The translations under genes were made by a program, and so were the position numbers. A stretch of 64,000 nucleotides of DNA. Source: Mariprofundaceae bacterium. GTDB taxonomy: Bacteria > Pseudomonadota > Zetaproteobacteria > Mariprofundales > Mariprofundaceae. Each line of letters begins with the position of its first letter. Position 1 is the first letter of the stretch. The DNA lies in contig JALWPO010000154.1 in the NCBI GenBank assembly GCA_026994965.1, positions 163-64,162 of the forward strand, in the 5' to 3' direction. Positions 35,880 through 45,172 of this stretch are shown one piece after another. Below the pieces are notes generated by a model that worked only from the letters and a program-made list of their open reading frames with translations, made no database searches and was not told where the DNA came from.

Positions 35880-37016
35880 ATGACCACTGCAAAACTTATG
35901 ATTTCCGCATCCGAACACGATGCAGACATGCTCTATATTTCACGCATGTTTGTACCCGATGCTTTTATTGCCATTGAATTGGAACAAGAAAAACAATGGC
36001 ACGGACTATTTTCACCATTAGAGGTGGATAGGGCAAAAAAAGAATCCGGATTTGATTATGTTCATTTGGATAGTATCTGGCGCAACAAGGCTGATGAAAG
36101 CCATTATCCGCCAAGCTTGGCTGCCACTGCTGCAGCTTTCTTAAAAGCGCATGCCGTTACGCATATCACCGTGCCGGGCTCATTTCCTTTGATGTATGCC
36201 GACACGCTGCGAGAATTAGGCTTTCATATCACTGCCCAACAAGGCTCGCTATTTCCACAACGCGCAATCAAAGAAGATTTTGAGATTAAACAACTTGCAC
36301 GCGCTGAACGTCTTACCAAACAAGCCATGATGCAGGCTGAAAACTTCTTGGCTGCTTGCAGTATTGGTGATGATAACATTCTGCGCCACCCCGAACATCA
36401 TAAAAAAGTAAAGGCAAAAGATGTACGCGCTAGCATTGAAACTTTTTTGATTGGGCATGGCGCTATGCCAGCTCATACCATTGTAGCATGTGGACATGAG
36501 GGCGCTGACCCACACAATATTGGCTCCGGTTTTATCCGTGCTCATCAACCCATTATTATTGATATTTTCCCCCGCCTTTTGGATTCAGGTTATTGGGGTG
36601 ATATGACGCGCTCTTATGTCAAAGGCAAAGCACCAAGCCATATCAAAAAAATGTACAACACCGTACGCCAAGGGCAGCAGATAGGTTTGGATATGGTTCA
36701 AGATGGTGTGCATGGTCAACACATTCACCAAGCCATTTTATCATATTTTGAATCACAAGGTTTTAAAACAGGTATACAGCGTGGCAAACAAACTGGTTTT
36801 TTCCATGGTACGGGTCATGGCGTAGGCTTAGATATTCATGAATCACCGCGCATTTCTGTGCGTGATGATATTCTCAAAACCCACCAAGTTGTAACCGTCG
36901 AACCCGGGCTTTATTATCCTAAAATCGGTGGTATTCGTCTCGAAGATATGGTTGTGGTACTTAAAGATGGTTGTAGAAACCTCACAAAACATAAAAGACA
37001 TCTTGAAATAGGCTAA
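35880..37016 (+). CDS. M24 family metallopeptidase (Xaa-Pro aminopeptidase/dipeptidase-like)
   Basis: Pita-bread metal ligand context: IIDIFPRLLDSGYWGDMTRSY, GHGVGLDIHESP, VVTVEPGLY, IRLEDMVVV. Confidence 0.85.
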   Translation: MTTAKLMISASEHDADMLYISRMFVPDAFIAIELEQEKQWHGLFSPLEVDRAKKESGFDYVHLDSIWRNKADESHYPPSLAATAAAFLKAHAVTHITVPGSFPLMYADTLRELGFHITAQQGSLFPQRAIKEDFEIKQLARAERLTKQAMMQAENFLAACSIGDDNILRHPEHHKKVKAKDVRASIETFLIGHGAMPAHTIVACGHEGADPHNIGSGFIRAHQPIIIDIFPRLLDSGYWGDMTRSYVKGKAPSHIKKMYNTVRQGQQIGLDMVQDGVHGQHIHQAILSYFESQGFKTGIQRGKQTGFFHGTGHGVGLDIHESPRISVRDDILKTHQVVTVEPGLYYPKIGGIRLEDMVVVLKDGCRNLTKHKRHLEIG

Positions 37017-37124
37017 TAAAACAATAGCTTACACGCATAAGTTAAGCCATTGTGTTATTTATCACCTACAAATGATTAAAAAGCTGCTAAACTACGTTGG
37101 CTATACGCAATCAAGGAGATATGA

Positions 37125-38021
37125 GTGAGTTCAGACACGCAAGAATACCTCGACCTTTCAGGCATCAACGGCACAGCGCCGGTGGGCTTGGCTTTATCTG
37201 AACAAGCGTTTCCTATTCTTAAAGGCCTATCCCCACTGAGCTTACGAATCCTTAATGATGCTAGCCGCATCATCCAAGTGTCCAAAGGTGTTGAGGTGCT
37301 TCATGAAGGTGATATCTCACGTGATCTTTATTTTGTTAAACAAGGTAAAATGACCATCGCCAAAAAAATTGGCAGCCAAGTCAAAGTGCTCACCCAATTA
37401 AAAGCTGGTGATGTGTACGGTGAGTTTGGTATTTTACGAAAAAAATCGCGTTATACCTCTGTTTATACTGCTCAAGCCAGTGAAATTATCCGTGTGGAGC
37501 TATCTGCCGTTCAACAAGTATTGGATGCAGACCCTCATTTCAAGGTCCATTTGGAGGATTTACTCTGCCAACGTGTTTTGGATAGTTATTTATTTAGCCA
37601 TCCTATATTTCAATCGCTACCGAGCGAAAAACGCGTTGAACTCTCCAATAAATTATCGCTTAATTTTTATGATTGTGGTGAACGCTTATTCAAACAAGGA
37701 GATAAACCCAGCGGCGTTTACCTGATTATATCGGGTGAAGTGGAAGTCTATTACCTCAACAGAAAACGCGAAGATATATTATTAGAAGTGCGTAGGGACA
37801 ATGATTTGTTGGGTGAATTAGCCGCTAAAAATGGAGAAGCGCTAGCTTACTCTGCCAATGCAACCAGTGATTTGGATGTATTACTACTCACACCAACATC
37901 CATGAAATTGATTCGTGAAACACATTTAGAAACCTTTAAGAAGCTTGAACAATATATCAATAAGCGTGCTGAGCGCACGGTTGCCCGCTTAAAAGAAGAT
38001 AACCACCAAACCAATATTTAG
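37125..38021 (+). CDS. protein with two cyclic-nucleotide-binding (cNMP) domains and no output domain
   Basis: GTG start with AGGAGA 6 nt upstream. The two cNMP-like cores are GDVYGEFGILRKKSRYTSVYT and DLLGELAAKNGEALAYSANA. Confidence 0.8.
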   Translation: MSSDTQEYLDLSGINGTAPVGLALSEQAFPILKGLSPLSLRILNDASRIIQVSKGVEVLHEGDISRDLYFVKQGKMTIAKKIGSQVKVLTQLKAGDVYGEFGILRKKSRYTSVYTAQASEIIRVELSAVQQVLDADPHFKVHLEDLLCQRVLDSYLFSHPIFQSLPSEKRVELSNKLSLNFYDCGERLFKQGDKPSGVYLIISGEVEVYYLNRKREDILLEVRRDNDLLGELAAKNGEALAYSANATSDLDVLLLTPTSMKLIRETHLETFKKLEQYINKRAERTVARLKEDNHQTNI

Positions 38022-38124
38022 AGCTTCATAAGGAAGTCACTGTTTAGATTTTTCCCACCACAGAGAACGCAGAGTTTTTAATCCCCTTGCTATAGCTGCG
38101 CCGAAACAAAAGATGGAAGAAGGG

Positions 38125-38153
38125 ATAAAAGCAAAACACCTGCTTTGTTTTGC
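38125..38153 (-). terminator. possible Rho-independent terminator (minus strand)
   Basis: An 8-bp stem GCAAAACA/TGTTTTGC is followed on the minus strand by TTTTAT. It lies about 190 nt past the stop of the 38344-39282 gene. Confidence 0.35.
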
Positions 38154-38343
38154 GCCCGATTTCCAGATTTTGTAAGGATAAACGCAGCTATTTCAGGGGC
38201 ATTTTCTTTGCTTCGTTTCTTTGATGGCAAAGAAATGAAGACAAAGCTTTTTGATTTGAGCCATCCATGTCTCTTGAGCAAGCAAGAAGGAACGAAGATT
38301 TTATTGCTACGTATAAAGTTTCTAGTTTCTAAGGAGAATCTAT

Positions 38344-39282
38344 TTAATTTCCTGATTCTATCTTGCTCTTTTTCGATAATGATTGGATACCACCCAATTG
38401 CCAAAGCACCCATGCTCCCGGCAAAGCAGAAACAGACAAAACAATAATCCATAATGCTGCCATTGCAGTCGCTGCGTCTGCATTCGCACCAAAATAGACT
38501 GCAAAACTAACATAACCTGCTTCACGTACACCAAAACCATTGAGTGAAATGGGCAATGTTGCCACCAATGCAACCAAACCCACCATGACAGCAAACGCAG
38601 CCCAGTGCATGTCCAGACCGACTGCCATACCCAAAAATACATGCGATTGCACAATCAATATTTGGAATATCAACGATACGGGCAAGCTGCGCCACCACAT
38701 ACGTTGAAAGCCTGACTGATGCAAAGGAAGTTGCTGTAAAAATGATAATTTCTTGGGTAAACGCGCATGTATCCATGGATACACCAGCATGCCCAACCAC
38801 ATCGCAATCACCAAAGTCAACCAACTCCACCACCATGCTTGTGGCCAAGAAAAGAACAACATGCAGACCGTCAACAACGCGACCAAGGCATACATACCAT
38901 TGATACGATCTAAAATGACGCTGGCAGTCGCTCGAACACCCAAACCTGTTCGCCCTTCACCCTTCGCCAACAAAATGCCACGTACCACATCCCCACCAAT
39001 GGTGGATGGTAAAAACAAACTAGAAAACATACCTAAAAAATAAAGCCTGATTTTACGTTTGCGTGATACTTCGATATCCAGACCCTGTGCAATCCATGCC
39101 CAGCGTAGCCCGCATAATACATAACCCAACAATAGACATAGACTTGAAGCCAATAGCCACAACGGATTGACCGCCAATATACGCTGCCACACTTGTGCAA
39201 CATCCACATATACAATCACCGCATACAGCAGTCCAAAGGTGAGTAATATTTTCAATCCGAGAATAAAATGACTACGCGACAT
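38344..39282 (-). CDS. flippase-like / lysylphosphatidylglycerol-synthase-TM-region family membrane protein (UPF0104)
   Basis: 312 aa, about 8 TMs, with FSSLFLPSTIGGDVVRG typical of this family. It is divergent from the ArnT-like/GT2 pair. Confidence 0.7.
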   Translation of the reverse strand: MSRSHFILGLKILLTFGLLYAVIVYVDVAQVWQRILAVNPLWLLASSLCLLLGYVLCGLRWAWIAQGLDIEVSRKRKIRLYFLGMFSSLFLPSTIGGDVVRGILLAKGEGRTGLGVRATASVILDRINGMYALVALLTVCMLFFSWPQAWWWSWLTLVIAMWLGMLVYPWIHARLPKKLSFLQQLPLHQSGFQRMWWRSLPVSLIFQILIVQSHVFLGMAVGLDMHWAAFAVMVGLVALVATLPISLNGFGVREAGYVSFAVYFGANADAATAMAALWIIVLSVSALPGAWVLWQLGGIQSLSKKSKIESGN

Positions 39283-39363
39283 GCGGGCAACGTATCACAA
39301 TTTCTTACGCATACAAAACCTTGTCATGGGATTTCAATCCAAACAGCGATAGGCTGCGCCATC

Positions 39364-40989
39364 ATGAAAGCTTTACATGCATATATGAGTAACATTCCTA
39401 GCCAGCACTATGCATGGTATTTGTTTGTCATTTGGGCTATTTTAACCTTGCCTTCTTTGGGTTTAGCGCCGCTATTTGATTATGATGAAACCATTTATGC
39501 ACAGACCGCGGCAGATATGATGCATTTGGGCGAATGGATTGTACCCACTGCCAATGGCACGCAATTCTTTGAAAAGCCACCATTCACTTATTATATGATG
39601 GATGTGTGTTTTACCATTTTTGGTGAAAATGCTTTCGCTGCACGCCTACCTTCGGCTATATTTACTTTGTTCACTGCTCTGCTTTTGTTTCGCTTTGGTC
39701 GTAATATACATTCACCCAAATTCGGTATTGCCGCCGCATTCATTTTTTTATCCATGTTAGAGGTTGGTATTCTAGGGCATGCAGCCATTTTAGATGCAGT
39801 CCTCAATTTCTTTATTGCAGCATGCCTGATTAACTATTTTTTATGGATACAGAACCATGAAAAACATCTGGCTTTATGGTGCGCTGCCATGATGGGTGCA
39901 GCTGTAAGTATCAAAGGTCCTGTAGGCGCTGTTGTGCCTGTGCTGATTATGCTTCTTGATAGAATCATAGTCGGTAACCTCAAACAAACACTGCGAAATA
40001 TCCCTTGGCTACCTGCTTTATTATTATTCTTTATCTGCGCAACCCCTTGGTATCTTATGATATGGGTGCAACACGGTTCATCCTTTTTATATGAATTTAT
40101 TGTTGTGCAAAACATCGGGCGTGCGATGAACCCTATGCAAGGGCATGGTGGCGGCTGGCATTATTATCTTGTGGTCTTTGCTATATCTGTATTACCGTGG
40201 TTGATGTGGATGCCTATGCTTATCCAGCGTTGGAAACGCCACTCAGATACACTTGACCATTTGATTCGTTTTTCCCTGCTTTGGAGTGCGGTTGTATTGG
40301 TGCTTTTTAGTTTCGCACAAACCAAACTTCCCCACTATATTTCTTCATTATACCCTGCTATTGCACTGGCAATTGCTGCGATGTGGTTTCAACGTAAACC
40401 AAATCGTGTATTCACGCTACAAATTGCCACCAGCATCATTTTAACTCCTATTTCCATTGCTTTGATTGTATTTCCATGGGTTTACCCAGAAATTATCCAT
40501 TGGGTGCATCATCCACGTGCTATTGCTGTACTCTCACAACCCATTCAGCCCAGCGCATGGATTGCTATCGGTGGCATCATACTGCTGATAAGCAATCTGT
40601 ATTTATGGTTTAGAAAGGATATTTCACATACCCTGCATCGCTTTATTATCATCGGTTTTGTTTTACAATCCGTGCTGCTTATTCCTTTAGGTTCTTTCGC
40701 AGGCAAACTGGCACAAGCTCCGCAAACTCGCATTGCCCATACGATTTCACAATTGCCTCACGATATGAATATTTATAGCTACAACCTCAATTTTCCATCT
40801 ATTTCATTTCAAGCCAAACGCCCCTACCACATTATTTTGAATCAAAAAGGGCAGCACACCTTACAAACTGAAAAACACAGCTATGGTTTAATCTTACGCA
40901 CCGAATCGTTAGAAGATTTACCATGGCTAAAACAGCTTAAACCTATGGTCAATCAAGGTGGTTTTTTATTCTATCAGGTGAACCCATGA
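39364..40989 (+). CDS. ArnT/PMT_2-like (GT39/GT83-type) polyprenyl-phosphate-sugar dependent glycosyltransferase
   Basis: LFDYDETIYAQTAADMMHLGEWIVPTANGTQFFEKPPFTYYMM matches the DE..YA...KPPL loop of ArnT/PMT enzymes. It has more than 10 TMs. The ATG at 39364 is chosen because the upstream ORF part overlaps the divergent gene. Confidence 0.8.
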   Translation: MKALHAYMSNIPSQHYAWYLFVIWAILTLPSLGLAPLFDYDETIYAQTAADMMHLGEWIVPTANGTQFFEKPPFTYYMMDVCFTIFGENAFAARLPSAIFTLFTALLLFRFGRNIHSPKFGIAAAFIFLSMLEVGILGHAAILDAVLNFFIAACLINYFLWIQNHEKHLALWCAAMMGAAVSIKGPVGAVVPVLIMLLDRIIVGNLKQTLRNIPWLPALLLFFICATPWYLMIWVQHGSSFLYEFIVVQNIGRAMNPMQGHGGGWHYYLVVFAISVLPWLMWMPMLIQRWKRHSDTLDHLIRFSLLWSAVVLVLFSFAQTKLPHYISSLYPAIALAIAAMWFQRKPNRVFTLQIATSIILTPISIALIVFPWVYPEIIHWVHHPRAIAVLSQPIQPSAWIAIGGIILLISNLYLWFRKDISHTLHRFIIIGFVLQSVLLIPLGSFAGKLAQAPQTRIAHTISQLPHDMNIYSYNLNFPSISFQAKRPYHIILNQKGQHTLQTEKHSYGLILRTESLEDLPWLKQLKPMVNQGGFLFYQVNP

Positions 40990-41702
40990 AACTTTCTGTG
41001 ATTATTCCTGCCTATAATGAAGCAGAGCGCTTGCCTGATACACTGCAAGTAGCCTATGTTTGGTTATGCCAGCACTATGCAGATAACTTTGAAATTTTGG
41101 TTGTCGATGATGGCAGTACAGATAAGACATGCCAAAAAGTAGAAGCCTTACAAAATAATATGCCAGCATTGAAATTAATTAGACAAAATAAAAATCAGGG
41201 TAAAGGCGCAGCAGTGCGCAAAGGTATGCTGGCAGCAAAGGCTGATATTCATCTGTTTATGGATGCCGATCATTCCACACATATTCGAGAAATTAAAAAA
41301 GCATTTCAAATCTTTGACGCTCATGCCGATGTGGATGTTGTCATTGCTTCGCGCCAACACCCCGATTCTGATATTAGCCAGCATCAATCTTGGCTAAGAG
41401 AAAATATGGGTAAAACATTCAATACATTGATGCGTTTGAGCACTGGCATTGATATGCCTGATACGCAATGTGGCTTTAAAGCCTTTCGAGCTGAAGCCTC
41501 TCAAACTATTTTTAACCAGCAAAAACTGGATGGTTTTAGCTTTGATGTAGAAGTGTTGTTTTTGGCGGTGCAACACCAGTATCATATTGCTGAAATCCCT
41601 GTGGAATGGATAAATGAGCCCAATTCTAAGGTACGTATGTTGATTGACCCGCTCAAAATGTTTATCGATATTCTAAAAATACGCCAGCTTCATAAACCTT
41701 AA
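40986..41702 (+). CDS. GT2 polyprenyl-phosphate glycosyltransferase (ArnC/DPM1/GtrB-like)
   Basis: LSVIIPAYNEAERL, VVDDGSTDKT, MDADHS. 4-nt overlap with the ArnT-like gene. Confidence 0.9.
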   Translation: MKLSVIIPAYNEAERLPDTLQVAYVWLCQHYADNFEILVVDDGSTDKTCQKVEALQNNMPALKLIRQNKNQGKGAAVRKGMLAAKADIHLFMDADHSTHIREIKKAFQIFDAHADVDVVIASRQHPDSDISQHQSWLRENMGKTFNTLMRLSTGIDMPDTQCGFKAFRAEASQTIFNQQKLDGFSFDVEVLFLAVQHQYHIAEIPVEWINEPNSKVRMLIDPLKMFIDILKIRQLHKP

Positions 41703-41765
41703 AAAATAACACCTAATGTAATATATCATATTGCGAAAAAGCTGATAAAAGCACATGATTGCCGC

Positions 41766-42302
41766 ATGTGGTCAGAAGATGTCATCTTAGAAACTCTGCG
41801 TGCAATCGTTGTGCTTATCCTTATATTTCTGATGTTACGTGCCTATAAAAAAGATATGCAAATTAAAAGTCTAGCAGGCAGTAAATATATTTTTATCGGC
41901 TTTATCTTGATAGCTTTTGGCTCTTTGATTGATATCACTGATAATTTTCCGCAACTCAATCACTACATCGTTATCGGTGATACCCCTGTTGAAGCTTTTT
42001 TAGAAAAGGTGGTGGGCTATCTGTGTGGATTTGTGCTGCTCGCCTTAGGCATACATCAATGGTTACCCAAAGTTATCAGCTATAAGGCACATATGCAGCA
42101 GCAGTTATATCAATCGCAGCATGAAGTTAAAAAGCTTCAAGCCCTACTGCCCATTTGTGCCAGATGCAAAAAGATTCGTGATGAACAGAATCATTGGCAA
42201 CCCATTGAAAGCTATATATCCAAACATACTGAATCTGAGTTTAGCCACGGATTTTGTCCTGACTGTTTGGAAGCTGAAAAAGCCAAACTCCCACATTCAT
42301 AA
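41766..42302 (+). CDS. three-TM membrane protein with coiled coil and a C-terminal CxxC...CxxC domain
   Basis: TMs are AIVVLILIFLMLRA, YIFIGFILIAFGSLI and VGYLCGFVLLALGI. The C-terminus is LLPICARCKKIRDEQNHWQPIESYISKHTESEFSHGFCPDCLEAE. Confidence 0.7.
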   Translation: MWSEDVILETLRAIVVLILIFLMLRAYKKDMQIKSLAGSKYIFIGFILIAFGSLIDITDNFPQLNHYIVIGDTPVEAFLEKVVGYLCGFVLLALGIHQWLPKVISYKAHMQQQLYQSQHEVKKLQALLPICARCKKIRDEQNHWQPIESYISKHTESEFSHGFCPDCLEAEKAKLPHS

Positions 42303-42345
42303 CCCATATTTATATCTAAGCGCCTATTCACTGAAACCTATGCGC

Positions 42346-42375
42346 TTGAAACTTGGCATGCAATGTGCTTATATA
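42346..42375 (+). promoter_or_regulatory. sigma-70-type promoter for the 6S RNA
   Basis: TTGAAA (42346-42351), a 17-18 nt spacer, then TTATAT/TATATA (42369-42375). This places the start about 42381, exactly at the 5' end of the predicted closing stem. Confidence 0.5.
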
Positions 42376-42380
42376 TGATT

Positions 42381-42554
42381 AACCGTTGTTCTGGCGTTGT
42401 GACTTGCATCTCTGAGCCGATACCGCACTGAACGGGAGCTTGATTCACTGGTGGTGTGAATCCCTTGACTTGGGATACCTAAAACCAGCGCTCTGCGCCC
42501 ACCTTAGCTTGAAGGGTTTAGTGGTATGTAGGTCACAACGCCAGAACAATGGTT
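42381..42554 (+). ncRNA. ssrS: 6S RNA (SsrS)
   Basis: A 23-bp closing stem pairs AACCGTTGTTCTGGCGTTGTGAC with GTCACAACGCCAGAACAATGGTT, with one G-U. The internal blocks CTGAGCCGATA and CACCTTAGCTTGAAGGGTTTAG parallel E. coli 6S CUGAGCCGAUA and CACCUUGAACCAAGGGUUCAAG. About 174 nt, with no ORF. Confidence 0.75.
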
Positions 42555-42558
42555 TAGA

Positions 42559-43863
42559 TTAGCTATTTCTTGCTGACTTATTCCGATGACGGCCAGAATG
42601 ATTGTGTTTCTGCCCTCCCCTCTTGGCGCTTGGCGAGCATCCCCTACGACGAGAAGAGTTTGCTTGCCTGCGTTGCAATTGTGCTTTCATCTCATCTGCT
42701 GCAATCTTGATATCTTCTGGATCTGGCTCAAAACCTTCAACAGCAACCTGAGGAATATCTTTTTTAATCAAGCGTTCAATGGCTCGCAATAATTTATTCT
42801 CATCACTGCTCACCAAAGACATCGCCTCACCTGTATTGCCTGCACGCCCCGTTCTACCAATCCTATGCACATAGTCTTCAGGTACATTAGGTAATTCATA
42901 ATTGACCACATGCGGTAGTTGATCAATATCTAAACCCCGTGCTGCAATATCTGTCGCCACCAATACGCGCACACTACCATCCTTAAAACCAGCCAAAGCC
43001 TTGGTTCGTGCTGTTTGGCTTTTATTGCCATGAATGGCAGCTGCCCCAATACCATCAGATTCCAATTGTTTGGTTAATCGATTCGCGCCGTGTTTGGTTT
43101 TGGTAAATACCAACACTTGCTTCCAATCACCATCACAAATCAATTGAGATAATAGTGCTCGTTTCTTGGCTTTACTTACAGGATGCACCACTTGCGTGAC
43201 TTGGTGCGAAGTTTGGTTACGAGCGACTTCTACATAGCTTGGCGATGTTAAAAATCCACTCGCTAGCTTTTTAATCTCATCGGAGAATGTAGCCGAAAAA
43301 AGTAAGTTCTGACGCTGTTTAGGTAATAATTTTAACACCCGCCGAATATCATGGATAAAGCCCATATCCAACATCCGATCTGCTTCATCCAAAACAAAAA
43401 ACTCAACTTGTGATAAATCCACCTCACCTTGATTGGCTAAATCCAGTAAACGCCCTGGTGTTGCAATCAAAATATCAATGCCGCGTCTAAGTTTCTGAAT
43501 CTGTGGATTGCTACCTACGCCACCAAAAATAACGGTGGATCGTAATGGTAAGTGTTGGCCATACGTCGCAACGCTTTCACCCACTTGCGCAGCAAGTTCA
43601 CGTGTAGGTGTGAGTACCAAGGCACGAATAGGATGATGTTTACGCTCCATATGTTTCTGTTGCATCAAATGCAGCATGGGTAGTGTAAAACCAGCTGTCT
43701 TACCTGTACCTGTCTGGGCTCCTGCCAATACATCTCTACCCGAGAGAATCATAGGAATGGCTTGCTCCTGTACAGGTGTAGGCTTAGTATAGCCTTGCGC
43801 GCTTACAGCACGAAGAAGTTCGGCTGAAAGGCCGAGTTGTTCAAAAGAACTTTGAATTGTCAT
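42559..43863 (-). CDS. rhlE: DEAD-box ATP-dependent RNA helicase (RhlE-like) with a basic C-terminal tail
   Basis: Q-motif FEQLGL...[49 protein letters not shown]. Confidence 0.9.
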   Translation of the reverse strand: MTIQSSFEQLGLSAELLRAVSAQGYTKPTPVQEQAIPMILSGRDVLAGAQTGTGKTAGFTLPMLHLMQQKHMERKHHPIRALVLTPTRELAAQVGESVATYGQHLPLRSTVIFGGVGSNPQIQKLRRGIDILIATPGRLLDLANQGEVDLSQVEFFVLDEADRMLDMGFIHDIRRVLKLLPKQRQNLLFSATFSDEIKKLASGFLTSPSYVEVARNQTSHQVTQVVHPVSKAKKRALLSQLICDGDWKQVLVFTKTKHGANRLTKQLESDGIGAAAIHGNKSQTARTKALAGFKDGSVRVLVATDIAARGLDIDQLPHVVNYELPNVPEDYVHRIGRTGRAGNTGEAMSLVSSDENKLLRAIERLIKKDIPQVAVEGFEPDPEDIKIAADEMKAQLQRRQANSSRRRGCSPSAKRGGQKHNHSGRHRNKSARNS

Positions 43864-44059
43864 GTATCTTTATTTCCATTGCACCTGTTGAATGAATATC
43901 ACTGATATGTGCGAGGTGCAGTATATATTTTCCGATTCGTCCAAGATCAGTGATTGTCCAGACGCCGATAAAGCAAGGCATAAAGCCAGCTTCAGGAGAG
44001 GTGCACACTGCTTAAATAAACACAAAGCACAAGGCTTATTATCATTTAAGCAAGTTTAC

Positions 44060-44362
44060 TCAACCATGAATCATACCAAAAGCGAGATGTTGTAAGCTTT
44101 GCACCAAGAAGTTTTGCAAAAAGAAAATCACCAACAAAACAATCATCGGTGAGAAATCTATCCCCGAAAAATACGGCACACGCCTACGCACTGGAAACAA
44201 CATCGGCTCGGAAAGTTGATTGATAATGCGAACAATGGGATTGTAAGGGTCTGGGGAAACCCATGATAATATAGCCCGCGCGATAATCACAATCATAGCA
44301 AAGGATAATAGCATATCCAATATGCCCGCAAATGCTTGAATAAAATAACCCAAATAAATCAT
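44060..44362 (-). CDS. yggT: YggT family membrane protein
   Basis: 100 aa. IIARAILSWVSPDPYNPIVRIINQLSEPMLFPVRR is typical of YggT. It lies downstream of proC. Confidence 0.8.
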   Translation of the reverse strand: MIYLGYFIQAFAGILDMLLSFAMIVIIARAILSWVSPDPYNPIVRIINQLSEPMLFPVRRRVPYFSGIDFSPMIVLLVIFFLQNFLVQSLQHLAFGMIHG

Positions 44363-45165
44363 CCTGCCAACTCCTTAGATCGCTTATGCGCAGCATTCAT
44401 ACCTTTGCGAACAGCCGTGGGCAAACCACACTCATACATCTCATCTAAGGCTGCTTGTGTTGTCCCACCAGGGCTACTTACTTGTGCACGTAAATCACTA
44501 GCTTCACGCCCACTTTCAATCAACATTTTACCTGAGCCCATGGCTGTTTGTGCTGCCAGCTTCGCAGCCAAATCTTTGCTCAAACCCAAGCTTTCACCAG
44601 CAGCCTGCATCAACTCTGCCAACAAAAAGAAATAAGCAGGACCACTACCCGATAATGCAGTCACAGCGTGCAATTGTTTTTCTTCATCCACCCATGCTGT
44701 TTCACCCGAAGATGCCAGAATATATTCAGCTTTTTGCTTATGCAATGCATCGGCATTACTGAATAATACAGACATACCAGCACCCACCAAGGCAGGTGTA
44801 TTCGGCATCACACGCACCAAACCTAACGACTTACTTCCCAAGGGGCGCTGTAACGCTTCTATGTTTACACCTGCAGCAATACTGATAAGTGTAGTTTCAG
44901 CTTTTAAAGTATCTGCAATGCCAGATAAAACAACATTCATTTGCTGTGGCTTTACAGCCAAAAGTACAACATCTGCATCCAAAATCACAGCGGTGTTATC
45001 CGTATTCACATGCACACGGTATTGTGCATGTAAATTATCCAAACGCTGCTGTTGCGTATCACTCACTGATATATTACCACTATCGTGTCCTGCGCGAGTT
45101 AGTCCAGCAATCAAGGCTTCTGCCATATTGCCGCCACCAATAAAACTAATCTTTAAATTCTGCAT
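44359..45165 (-). CDS. proC: pyrroline-5-carboxylate reductase
   Basis: ISFIGGGNMAEALIAGL, RVMPNTPALVGAGMS, SSPGGTTQAAL. Confidence 0.9.
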   Translation of the reverse strand: MQNLKISFIGGGNMAEALIAGLTRAGHDSGNISVSDTQQQRLDNLHAQYRVHVNTDNTAVILDADVVLLAVKPQQMNVVLSGIADTLKAETTLISIAAGVNIEALQRPLGSKSLGLVRVMPNTPALVGAGMSVLFSNADALHKQKAEYILASSGETAWVDEEKQLHAVTALSGSGPAYFFLLAELMQAAGESLGLSKDLAAKLAAQTAMGSGKMLIESGREASDLRAQVSSPGGTTQAALDEMYECGLPTAVRKGMNAAHKRSKELAG

Positions 45166-45172
45166 GGTATTC

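Noticed and set aside
38022-38343. Two mutually overlapping ORFs (38090-38452 minus, 38145-38447 plus) and the motif CCACCACAGAGAACGCAGAG in the 322-nt spacer
   Set aside because: Both ORFs run into the real flippase-like gene, lack a Shine-Dalgarno and have odd composition. The CCACAGAG-type motif reminded me of repeat remnants seen near four-helix-bundle (23S IVS) genes in other phyla, but I could not translate a convincing remnant in any frame.
43892-44095. 67-aa ORF between rhlE and yggT
   Set aside because: It has no Shine-Dalgarno and overlaps the 3' end of yggT. This stretch is more likely the 5' UTR/promoter region of rhlE.
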